Positions 55,844 to 64,000 of a stretch of 64,000 bases of DNA are shown piece after piece (position 1 is the first letter of the stretch; each line of letters starts with the position of its first letter). The notes beneath the pieces are model-generated. The model was not told the DNA's origin. It made no database searches and was given only the letters and a program-made list of their open reading frames with translations. The DNA comes from a virus (Duplodnaviria; Heunggongvirae; Uroviricota; Caudoviricetes): positions 175,223 to 239,222 of the IMG/VR virus record IMGVR_UViG_3300000976_000008; one strand, given 5' to 3'. Position numbers and translations under genes: made by a program.

Positions 55844-57082
55844 TTAGAAACGAATTTGACGTGCCCTCTTACCTTTAGCATTCTTGGTGATGAAGTCAGG
55901 CATTGAGACTTCAGTAGTCGCGATTGCTTGCCTTGCTCGACCATTGATTTCGGCCAAGTAAGGATTGACAGTCAGAGAACGCCATTCTTGACCCTTCCAA
56001 AGGTACTGCTGCTCTGGAAGGGCAGTCTTGAGCATGGGGTGCTTGGTCATCTTCGATTGGATGATGTTCTTCACTGGAAGACTTGCGAACTTTCGAAACG
56101 CACGGCCAGCCATTTGCATCGTTGGACCACGACCTGAATCTCGAACCCAAGCACTTTGAAGACTTGGATCATCGAAGCCTTCTGTCAGAACCATGCAATT
56201 GATCAGCTTGTCAGTGTCATTGTTCAAGTAAGCTTCAAGTTGAGCTTCTCGGTTGCTAGATCCGGTAATCACTGGATCGAGTGCATCCATGCCCTTCTTA
56301 TCGCCATCTCTGCAGGCTTTCTGCCATCGTGCGAAGTGCCCACGTTTGCAAAGAATATCTCGTTGGGCGATGCAATCTACATGGGTCAACCAGTAGAAGA
56401 TCGATCGTCCCCAACGTTCAGGGTCTGCACAGTATTGGTCAGAGACTGTCTGAGGGTCCCACTTCGGGATCGTGTAGTGATCATATCGGCTCAAGTAGCC
56501 GTCTTGAATCAACTGGTGGATTCCAGCATCCTTGACGACCTTGTCGAAGCACAATTTGACTCGATCCGTTCGGAAAGGTGTCGCTGTGAGTCCGAGAATC
56601 TTGTCTGGTTCGATGATATTGTGCAAGTGGGCCATCGAATTGGCTGCATCGTGCTGTGCCTCATCGACCACCAAGAGAATATCGCGACCGTCTTTACGAG
56701 CTTGGACAAGTCCCTCTGGATTCTTGTCAAACATGCTGACGTACTCGATATCAGGTACATTCAGGCCAAGTTCTTTATTGGCTTTGGCCGCTTGACGGAG
56801 TAGGTCACGACGCATCGCACACCATCCGATGGCCAGATTTGGATTCTCCTTCTTGAGAATGGCTGCAGTCATGAAGCCCATGACAGTCTTCCCACTGCCT
56901 GTGGGGCTCTCGACCATAACACTGCGTGCGGCGGTTTCGCGGTCACCACCACCGTTTACGTAGTCTCCATTGAACATGTTGACCGACTTGCCAACGATCG
57001 TGCGTTGGTAAGGTCGTGGCTCGATTATCGAACCCTTGATGATCTCGTCGATACGGGCTGTAGCATCTGGTGTAGCAATCAT
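55844..57082 (-). CDS. Superfamily 2 (DExD/H-like) helicase
   Basis: SPTGSGKT, VVDEAQH, GLTATP, LTEGFD, QMAGRAFR. Confidence 0.92.
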   Translation of the reverse strand: MIATPDATARIDEIIKGSIIEPRPYQRTIVGKSVNMFNGDYVNGGGDRETAARSVMVESPTGSGKTVMGFMTAAILKKENPNLAIGWCAMRRDLLRQAAKANKELGLNVPDIEYVSMFDKNPEGLVQARKDGRDILLVVDEAQHDAANSMAHLHNIIEPDKILGLTATPFRTDRVKLCFDKVVKDAGIHQLIQDGYLSRYDHYTIPKWDPQTVSDQYCADPERWGRSIFYWLTHVDCIAQRDILCKRGHFARWQKACRDGDKKGMDALDPVITGSSNREAQLEAYLNNDTDKLINCMVLTEGFDDPSLQSAWVRDSGRGPTMQMAGRAFRKFASLPVKNIIQSKMTKHPMLKTALPEQQYLWKGQEWRSLTVNPYLAEINGRARQAIATTEVSMPDFITKNAKGKRARQIRF

Positions 57083-57135
57083 AATTACCTCTGTGCTAGG
57101 TGTTCAGGAGGGGCTGTCGTCCCCTCATACCTCCT

Positions 57136-57161
57136 TGTTGCGAACATATGGGATGGGTTAA
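57136..57161 (-). promoter_or_regulatory. Core motif copy
   Basis: TGTTGCGA-N13-GTTAA. Confidence 0.75.
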
Positions 57162-57200
57162 ATCTACTATCCGGATTCCGCTTTCTTCCTAGGCGAATCT

Positions 57201-57419
57201 CTAAAATCCTGCCCGCATCAGGTAATGAATTGTGTGAAGCCCAGGATGTACTGGATCTGCCCAACCATCCCTGAAACTGTTGGCTAGTTTAGAACAAATG
57301 AAACGCATTTCTTCATCAGTAGAAGGTGATGCGACGAATGGAACTTTTGGACCATCTTTTCCATAAGTAGCAATTTGGATTCCTTCATCTACGAAAGGTT
57401 CAGGGTCCATCATAACCAT
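57201..57419 (-). CDS. Hypothetical protein
   Basis: ORF. Confidence 0.65.
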   Translation of the reverse strand: MVMMDPEPFVDEGIQIATYGKDGPKVPFVASPSTDEEMRFICSKLANSFRDGWADPVHPGLHTIHYLMRAGF

Positions 57420-57434
57420 ATCTTTCCAATACAG

Positions 57435-58004
57435 TCAAGGGGATTGTGCGGACGATTTAGCTTCTGTTACATCGATACCTAACTCATTCTTGACCTTCCG
57501 TTGCAACATTGGATCGCCTAGAGGGCCATCGAAGCTATTAGGATCATCCATGTCCGCACTTTTAGGCCCCAAGACAATATCCTCCAAAGGATTATTCTTG
57601 AAGAATTCGGCAACGTCGAATTGAGCTTGTGCACGTGCCTGACTATTTAATTGGCTCCTGAGTTCTCTCTTGTAGATTTCGAGAGCCTCATCTTGCATGC
57701 CTTTATGGATGGGTTCGTATTGCGAAAGAGTGGGGATATAGGCTTTCACTACTGATTCGATTTGTTTTTTCGCACTATCCGTGACATTTTCACGAATCAA
57801 TTCACCAATTAAACCTCTGTTACCGTTACAATGATCGATTCGAACTCTATGACCTTCGTCAGACAACCCGATAATCCCAGCAACACCTTTGTTGAGTAAC
57901 TTGCTGACTTTGCAAGGCAAATCTGCGATGAATTGAGCGACCGCGTTATCAATAGCATTCTTGATTTCGGTCCGTTGCGTGTCTGTTAGATCTTCTGGTT
58001 TCAT
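57435..58004 (-). CDS. Helical protein, paralog of 35966-36526
   Basis: Trimmed start MKPED. Confidence 0.8.
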   Translation of the reverse strand: MKPEDLTDTQRTEIKNAIDNAVAQFIADLPCKVSKLLNKGVAGIIGLSDEGHRVRIDHCNGNRGLIGELIRENVTDSAKKQIESVVKAYIPTLSQYEPIHKGMQDEALEIYKRELRSQLNSQARAQAQFDVAEFFKNNPLEDIVLGPKSADMDDPNSFDGPLGDPMLQRKVKNELGIDVTEAKSSAQSP

Positions 58005-58279
58005 GGTTGTACTCTGATGAATCCTGGAGGGATTATTGCGGACATTTTCTTCTCTGTTTCGGTGATGCAAGATTCATGACGTTCTGCGAAAACTTCGCCA
58101 ACGTCTATACCGTTCAATCTGGCTTCATGCATCGCCGAATTACCAATCCTCTTGATCGTAATTTCACCAAGAACATTGGAGACCTCATATAGACCTTCTT
58201 CAAGACTTCCATCTATGGGCAAGAACAGGCCAGCTATCTTACCTTTACGAACTAGAATTCTACCAACTGGTCTCATCAT
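58001..58279 (-). CDS. Hypothetical protein
   Basis: Coupled ORF. Confidence 0.75.
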   Translation of the reverse strand: MMRPVGRILVRKGKIAGLFLPIDGSLEEGLYEVSNVLGEITIKRIGNSAMHEARLNGIDVGEVFAERHESCITETEKKMSAIIPPGFIRVQP

Positions 58280-58842
58280 GCAACCAACTCATCGAAAATC
58301 GGGACTTCCAGTTTGAAGGTACCATCGTACGTCTCGTATTCAACGAACTGATCTTCGATCTCAAGAGTTTTAACAGATTCTAGTAGGAACCATAACTTGT
58401 AGACTCCTCGCAAATCGTCGATTGGTTGATCACTTACGATCATTGCGGTAGTGCCGTCAGCGTATTTGCTCCCATCGGTTGATGCAGTGAAAAATTCCAC
58501 GTGCAATTGAGCCATCTTCAAGTGTTGTTTCAAACCTTCGAGAAGACTGCTCTCTTCATAAGTGCCAACGGTTTGGAAGTCACCATGTTCAGAAGCGATC
58601 AAGGTGATACCAAATTCCTTGACAACCGCGTTGTATCCCTCTTGGTACCATGGTTTGGCAACAAGTTGAGTCCATTCTTGCCAAGTGAGAACTCGCAAAC
58701 CTTCTTCGGTCGCTGCCATCGTCTTCTGATCGGCGGATTTTTCGACAGTGTAATTGTCATAATCCGCAGTAGGGAGTGCGACGATTTTGACTGGAACCAT
58801 GCTCTTGGTGAACATGACGATTTGGCCTTCGGAGTATTTCAT
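58276..58842 (-). CDS. Hypothetical protein
   Basis: Coupled ORF. Confidence 0.8.
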   Translation of the reverse strand: MKYSEGQIVMFTKSMVPVKIVALPTADYDNYTVEKSADQKTMAATEEGLRVLTWQEWTQLVAKPWYQEGYNAVVKEFGITLIASEHGDFQTVGTYEESSLLEGLKQHLKMAQLHVEFFTASTDGSKYADGTTAMIVSDQPIDDLRGVYKLWFLLESVKTLEIEDQFVEYETYDGTFKLEVPIFDELVA

Positions 58843-59243
58843 TGTTCCTGCGATTCCTTGAAGTGTTTCGAGTTGATGAGGGCTTGGTGAATCTTGTCGG
58901 CGAATTTCGGAACTGTTGCTTCGAGGAATTCGCGGTGTGTTTCGGCTGACGCTCCGACACTGAATCCCGCTGTCATTAATTCCAGAGCATAACGAGTTCT
59001 AATTGTTGGTGCACCTGGTTCTGTGGCATAATCGCCCAAAATATCTGTTACCCAACCTGCTATACTGGGTAAATCTGTGAGGAAAGCATTCGCAAGTCTT
59101 GGTTTACCAGTCCTGATAGTTGTATGTCGCCAATGGATGAAAATAACGTCATCAACAGCAACAGCGACCGTTCCTGGAAGTATCGGACAAATCGGCACCC
59201 CCGTTTGACAGGCAATCAAGAAAGTCTCATTTGGGTGGTGCAT
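58839..59243 (-). CDS. Hypothetical protein
   Basis: Trimmed start after motif 59262-59288. Confidence 0.7.
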   Translation of the reverse strand: MHHPNETFLIACQTGVPICPILPGTVAVAVDDVIFIHWRHTTIRTGKPRLANAFLTDLPSIAGWVTDILGDYATEPGAPTIRTRYALELMTAGFSVGASAETHREFLEATVPKFADKIHQALINSKHFKESQEQ

Positions 59244-59271
59244 CAAAATCCTCTGCCTATATGTTGCGAGC

Positions 59272-59493
59272 CTAAGTAATATCGTTAACTGTGTATTTGG
59301 GATTGCCAAGCTTGATTTTAGCGTGCCATGCTTTCATCCACACTTGATTACCAGCTTTCAAGAAAGCGATTGCTTTATCCCTGCGAGCAGAAGGTTCACA
59401 ACTCTGTAAGAAATAGAGGGTGTCTGAATAATCATTGAAGTAATCAAAATTCTCCAACAATTTGAAATCACTCAAAACTGCTCGGACAATCAC
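59272..59493 (-). CDS. Hypothetical protein
   Basis: ORF. Confidence 0.7.
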   Translation of the reverse strand: MIVRAVLSDFKLLENFDYFNDYSDTLYFLQSCEPSARRDKAIAFLKAGNQVWMKAWHAKIKLGNPKYTVNDIT

Positions 59494-59921
59494 TTGTCGC
59501 TCCCCGACAAGTCGTCAGCGATCATCGTAATATGATCCATGAATGCGAGAGCAGAAATATCGCCAGGTAGTCGTGGCATGTCTTCGTCAAGATAAGCCAA
59601 GGCAATCGCAGTAGTTCCGCCTTTGATTTCGGGATCACTCTCTATCGCGTCAAAGGCTCGCCTCCAGCCATCCACTTTAGAGCGAATCCATGCAACTGTG
59701 ATTTCATTCAGTTCTCTTGCTCTAGAAGGGCTGTAAACTGGATGACGCTTGTTGAAATCCCTCAGACGGTCTGGGATATCATCCTGATCGATTCCCACTT
59801 CCAACGTAGCCCCATCGGATCGTTGGAACGTGACGAGATCAGGATTGATGCTGACCGCAGTCCACTGTGGTGTGATCTCTTCACAAAATCGATTTGCTCT
59901 ATTTTGCAACACTTCGTTCAT
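59490..59921 (-). CDS. Hypothetical protein
   Basis: ORF. Confidence 0.75.
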   Translation of the reverse strand: MNEVLQNRANRFCEEITPQWTAVSINPDLVTFQRSDGATLEVGIDQDDIPDRLRDFNKRHPVYSPSRARELNEITVAWIRSKVDGWRRAFDAIESDPEIKGGTTAIALAYLDEDMPRLPGDISALAFMDHITMIADDLSGSDK

Positions 59922-60292
59922 TTCGAATCTCTCACGTACAAGACCATATCACGAGCAGTCGTGTGGTCACCATGTGGTTTGGTCATCTCTCTGATCATTT
60001 CATCAAAATTCTGTCTGTGATTAACTCTTGTGTTCCGTTTTTCTCTTTTAGAGAAGGCTCTCACAATCGCCTCAACGATATAGATCCTATCACCGTGTAA
60101 GACCTTCCCAGGTCCCCACCATTTTCCAATCATCTGGTATTCGGTCAATACGACAATATCGCTATCTGGATCATCAAGACATCTACTATTGAGAGTCATC
60201 TCATAATTAGAGATCCCATTTGATGCACCGGTTCGAACATTCTCGATTAGGCACATCAAATAGGAAGCAGCCTTAGCCATTATTTCCAGCAC
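59918..60292 (-). CDS. Family A-like protein
   Basis: CLDDPD..VLHGDRIYIV. Confidence 0.7.
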   Translation of the reverse strand: MLEIMAKAASYLMCLIENVRTGASNGISNYEMTLNSRCLDDPDSDIVVLTEYQMIGKWWGPGKVLHGDRIYIVEAIVRAFSKREKRNTRVNHRQNFDEMIREMTKPHGDHTTARDMVLYVRDSK

Positions 60293-61812
60293 CAGTTGAA
60301 GTCTTTACGGCGATCAAGGACCTTAGAGAGCATGTCGGTCAACTTTCCGGCATACTCTTCGTCGTGGATATCGTAACCGAGACCGTGGACGAATTCGTGG
60401 AGTGCGAGAGAAAGCATTCGATTCCGGTCAGTTAGCTTGAACCTCTTCTTCCAAGACTTGCTGTAAGTCCCTCTCTGTTCAACCACTTCCGCCGCAGCAA
60501 GGTAATAGATCTTCCCATAGTCCCCTTCCTCATATTCGGCCACAGTATCATCGGAGAAGATGAATCCAATAGCGAATGAGGCTTCATGTTCGAACGTGCG
60601 GTGCAGTTGGAGCATAAGACGCCCCCAAATCCTCGCTAGTTTCTTGCTGTAAGTTGAGAATTCTTCACTGTCCGGTTTGTAGTATTCCGGAACGACAAGA
60701 TCCGTTTCGTTCTTGATGACGAATTCTTCGTTGATCGCAACATCGACGTACTCTACATGTGGTGCAGAACCATGAGACGGTGCTTTTGCTGATGGTCGAG
60801 TAAGAGTGGCTACACTCTCCCCATTTTCAGCATGACCTCCATCGTACCCACCTTGAACAATTGACGTCAGTATTGGACGTTCTGCAATGATTGTTTCACC
60901 GTCTGTTGCATCAGAATCAGGAACAGTTGCTGTAGTCGTAGCAGTATTCCCCATGATGGTACTAGTAGTAGCTGATACCTTCGAATGAGATATTTTCTGA
61001 CCAGCATAGTGAATGTACCGTTCCTGTCGAGGCTTCAAAGCCGAACGCTTGTCAACTGAGATTTCAGTAACGAACGTTGACAATTCTTGGCGGTATTGCC
61101 AAGCGAGACCGTCACGATTTGCTGTCAGAACATCGATGGAAGCACCATCCAATTCGAGGACGACGCATCGATCAAGACCACAACTTTGGATGAACATCGG
61201 TTGACCATTGATGCGAACAACCAGTTTGTATTCTGTGGATTTGTTCGTATAAACCTGGCCGAACCCAAGGTGTCGTCGTGGAGTTCCCTTACGCATGTTT
61301 GCGTAACATTCTTCCCCATTGTACGAGAAGACACCCTTCCACTGTGCGTAAAAGCAAAACTCGTTGAATTGATGCTTCAGAGAGCTACGAACATCGCCTT
61401 TCATGACGACTGTTGTCTTTGTGCCATCGAGAAATTCGGCGTGTTCGTCAAGTTCGTAACTTCCGCCAGAGCCTTCCGCGACGTAATTGGCTGTGTGAAC
61501 ACGCCATGATAGATGCGTGAACAGAAGCAATTCTTTGGCTTTTCCGAAACCGCCGACCGAACCTTCACAGTTCTTGCCAGAAGAACCAAGTGATAGTAAC
61601 TTGTTGACGAGGATATCGCGAGTCATTGGCGATCCATCATTCGTCACTTCTACGAGCGTGTTTCCTTGATCGTTCAAGGATACCACGTAATCGATGCTCC
61701 CGGAACCGGCGTCCATCGAGTTCTGATTAATTTCGCGAATCCACGCCCACTGCCAGTTGTTGTAATCGTTGATTGCTTTGGAAAAGAACTCGGGACCAAT
61801 TGCGACCTGCAT
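60280..61812 (-). CDS. GHKL (HATPase/Hsp90-like) ATPase with C-terminal HExxH motif
   Basis: REINQNSMDA, NDGSPM, GGFGKAK, GTK; LHEFVH..HD. Confidence 0.85.
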   Translation of the reverse strand: MQVAIGPEFFSKAINDYNNWQWAWIREINQNSMDAGSGSIDYVVSLNDQGNTLVEVTNDGSPMTRDILVNKLLSLGSSGKNCEGSVGGFGKAKELLLFTHLSWRVHTANYVAEGSGGSYELDEHAEFLDGTKTTVVMKGDVRSSLKHQFNEFCFYAQWKGVFSYNGEECYANMRKGTPRRHLGFGQVYTNKSTEYKLVVRINGQPMFIQSCGLDRCVVLELDGASIDVLTANRDGLAWQYRQELSTFVTEISVDKRSALKPRQERYIHYAGQKISHSKVSATTSTIMGNTATTTATVPDSDATDGETIIAERPILTSIVQGGYDGGHAENGESVATLTRPSAKAPSHGSAPHVEYVDVAINEEFVIKNETDLVVPEYYKPDSEEFSTYSKKLARIWGRLMLQLHRTFEHEASFAIGFIFSDDTVAEYEEGDYGKIYYLAAAEVVEQRGTYSKSWKKRFKLTDRNRMLSLALHEFVHGLGYDIHDEEYAGKLTDMLSKVLDRRKDFNWCWK

Positions 61813-61928
61813 GGCAAACTCCTGGGGATAGAGGAGAGACTATCGAGCATTGGCTGATGTTACCACTTCAGTGACTCGATTGCGGGTGCTGAGCAACTTA
61901 ATTGCACCCTATCTCTCTGACCCTATTA

Positions 61929-61955
61929 TGTTGCGAATTACCCTGTATTAGTTAA
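61929..61955 (-). promoter_or_regulatory. Core motif copy
   Basis: TGTTGCGA-N14-GTTAA. Confidence 0.75.
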
Positions 61956-61966
61956 TTTCGAGGGTA

Positions 61967-62452
61967 TTATTTCTTCAGTGCTGTTATCTCTTTTTCGAGT
62001 CTCTTCTGTTCTTTCTTACAAGACTTCAGCTCAGAAGATAACTCTGAAACGAGATTATCTATGGCTTCTTGTTCAGTAGCCCACCCGACACAATGTTCAT
62101 CTGTGACATACTTATCATCCCAAGTCTTACCAACGATTCTCGCCACTTGTTGACTACTGGATTCGACTTTGCATCGGACACTCCATAAATTGGCGGCTAT
62201 GCATCCCGCACAATCACACGCATCAACAGGCTTGACTCCTGCTGGCTTCAGAAGCTCCGCATCAATTACAGTGATTTTCACGACAGCTTGCTTGCAAGTC
62301 TGCCAGAACGATTGACCAACCAGGTCGGTATCAGGCGAAAATTTGAAGGTGAAGGGCTGCATGATGTTCCTTGAGAAGGGTGGGCCAATAGTTGTTGCAA
62401 ACCTGACCTGGGTCATAAATGGCCGACCCTTCTCGCGGTTCCTTTGTTTCAA
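61967..62452 (-). CDS. Hypothetical protein
   Basis: ORF. Confidence 0.7.
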   Translation of the reverse strand: MKQRNREKGRPFMTQVRFATTIGPPFSRNIMQPFTFKFSPDTDLVGQSFWQTCKQAVVKITVIDAELLKPAGVKPVDACDCAGCIAANLWSVRCKVESSSQQVARIVGKTWDDKYVTDEHCVGWATEQEAIDNLVSELSSELKSCKKEQKRLEKEITALKK

Positions 62453-62640
62453 ACAGATGGGAGTAGTGAACTGATGAACTCTAATAAGAATCCGATCACA
62501 ATAAGCAGCAAGTGTAATCCGTAGTAGAGAGCCGTTGAGAAAACCACAATTCCAAGAGACAGTTTCACCTTATCCTTTCGATAAGGTGATTCCAACATAT
62601 CCTTGATCCAAATGGCTATTTTCGAAGTGTACTTTACCAT
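62449..62640 (-). CDS. Small membrane protein
   Basis: Hydrophobic C-terminus. Confidence 0.65.
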   Translation of the reverse strand: MVKYTSKIAIWIKDMLESPYRKDKVKLSLGIVVFSTALYYGLHLLLIVIGFLLEFISSLLPSV

Positions 62641-63032
62641 TCGAACTTAGCATCCTTTTCGCCTTGGGCACGCCTCTGACCAAGCTTTCTAGCCTCCAAC
62701 ACACCTTCTCTGAAAATTTCACCAATCTCTCTGGTCAAGTTTGGTTTATTGGGTTCGTTTGCGATGTATCTCATAATTCCGAACACATGGAGTTCGATAG
62801 TGCCGACAGAAACCAAAACGATGCACGATAGCATCCCGCCAGCAACATTGCTAGGTATGCAAGTCTTAATCCGAATGGAGTCACGATCGAATGAAGCCTC
62901 AATTGCTCGACTAGTTCTGAAACGACCAATAGTGGCCTCGAATATGTCCGTAGCTTGAGCTAAGAGAACATCAGAGCCAACTTTTTCGGCAATAAAAGAA
63001 AGTGTATCCATCAGTATGAATCCAACAAGCAA
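62634..63032 (-). CDS. Hypothetical protein
   Basis: ORF. Confidence 0.7.
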   Translation of the reverse strand: MLVGFILMDTLSFIAEKVGSDVLLAQATDIFEATIGRFRTSRAIEASFDRDSIRIKTCIPSNVAGGMLSCIVLVSVGTIELHVFGIMRYIANEPNKPNLTREIGEIFREGVLEARKLGQRRAQGEKDAKFEW

Positions 63033-63244
63033 AGTTTGCGAACCTCATCCCGAAAAGGACGATAAGACGCTGCCCAAATTTCGACACGTCCACGACCAGT
63101 TGTTAATTGGTCTATGATCCATTGGTTTATGCGATGGAAGCTGGAACGATGGAAGAATTCCAATTGTCCACCCACAGAGACAAGTTTTCCAGTGACCCAA
63201 AAGGATCGTCGATTCTTCGGAGGACGTTTGGTTACTATCCTCAT
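63011..63244 (-). CDS. Hypothetical protein
   Basis: ORF. Confidence 0.65.
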   Translation of the reverse strand: MRIVTKRPPKNRRSFWVTGKLVSVGGQLEFFHRSSFHRINQWIIDQLTTGRGRVEIWAASYRPFRDEVRKLCLLDSY

Positions 63245-63726
63245 TTGGAGATCCCAGGGGCTGTAGCAGCGGGGTCTGACATGTATGCGATCTCAGCAGA
63301 TCGATCAGCTAGACGTCCAAAGATTTCTCTGACTTCATCTTCGCTCAAACGGTTCAGAAGCTCAAGGTAACTCGGACCCTCTCCCATTCGTTCATCGTGC
63401 GTCGTTTCAGATGCGAGAGCATCCCAAAGTGTTTGGAGATCTCCCTCAACTCGTTCGAGAGCTTTAGCGGCTTCTGACTTTTCAGCGGGTTCCTTGGCTT
63501 CTGGAAGATCTGGAGACCACCATCCGCCACCATTGTTTTCGAGTTCTTCGTCTGAGATCTCGAATACTTCTGGACCCTCCCAAGCGACCAGAACAGCACG
63601 GAGAATAAATTCATCCCCCCGCAAATCCTGGAGTGGTTCGTCATCATTCGTCCAAATTGCAGAGTGAGTAAAACCGTCTCGGACGACGGTAACAGTGTGA
63701 TCGGCGACGTTGATTGTTACTTTCAT
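63241..63726 (-). CDS. Protein with N-terminal domain paralogous to cassette 12405-12641
   Basis: FEISDEELE..GGGWWS. Confidence 0.8.
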   Translation of the reverse strand: MKVTINVADHTVTVVRDGFTHSAIWTNDDEPLQDLRGDEFILRAVLVAWEGPEVFEISDEELENNGGGWWSPDLPEAKEPAEKSEAAKALERVEGDLQTLWDALASETTHDERMGEGPSYLELLNRLSEDEVREIFGRLADRSAEIAYMSDPAATAPGISK

Positions 63727-63968
63727 GCTGCTACACCCAACTGTTCAAGTTTACCATCCCAGAGAAGACCCAACTCAGTGTGCCACTGATCTTGGAGCTT
63801 GCAGAAAACGTCATCGCATCTATCAGCGATATTGCTACCCATTGATTCTTGGTACTCTTCGTCCCAATCCCAGCCATCTTCTTCGATGTACTCGGCGAAT
63901 TTAGCGATCAGGGCAACGATCTGCTTGCCTGTCTCGGTGCGGTCAAGAGCAGTGACAATTGTCTCCAA
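63723..63968 (-). CDS. Hypothetical protein
   Basis: ORF. Confidence 0.65.
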   Translation of the reverse strand: METIVTALDRTETGKQIVALIAKFAEYIEEDGWDWDEEYQESMGSNIADRCDDVFCKLQDQWHTELGLLWDGKLEQLGVAA

Positions 63969-64000
63969 CAGTTTTGGAGTGCAGTAGCCATTATCGACCC

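Noticed and set aside
1-64000. Alternative genetic code explaining the short ORFs
   Set aside because: TAA, TAG and TGA all end tightly coupled genes, and helicase, GHKL and NADAR are intact in the standard code.

Overview
Gene-dense window that looks like part of a large (jumbo-type) phage or virus genome; the host cannot be determined from the sequence. It holds roughly 170 short, mostly orphan ORFs, nearly all on the minus strand, with no structural or replication core genes. Recognisable proteins: NADAR, an SF2 helicase, a GHKL ATPase with an HExxH tail, and DUF932-, DUF6011-, DUF6440- and VWA-like proteins. Main structures: (1) a ~14-kb array (8.2-22.2 kb) of about 35 mostly single-gene cassettes, each preceded by an oriented ~45-bp hairpin/promoter-like repeat (coding strand TTAAC-N13/14-TCGCAACA), with about 18 more core copies upstream of genes elsewhere; (2) two sharp strand-composition flips (~8.08 and ~22.35 kb) bracketing that array; (3) two heavily expanded small-protein paralog families, A (~40 domains) and B (~25 domains); (4) three tRNA-like RNAs with abnormal anticodon arms and a candidate ~250-nt structured ncRNA. 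Counts and family assignments were made by eye.
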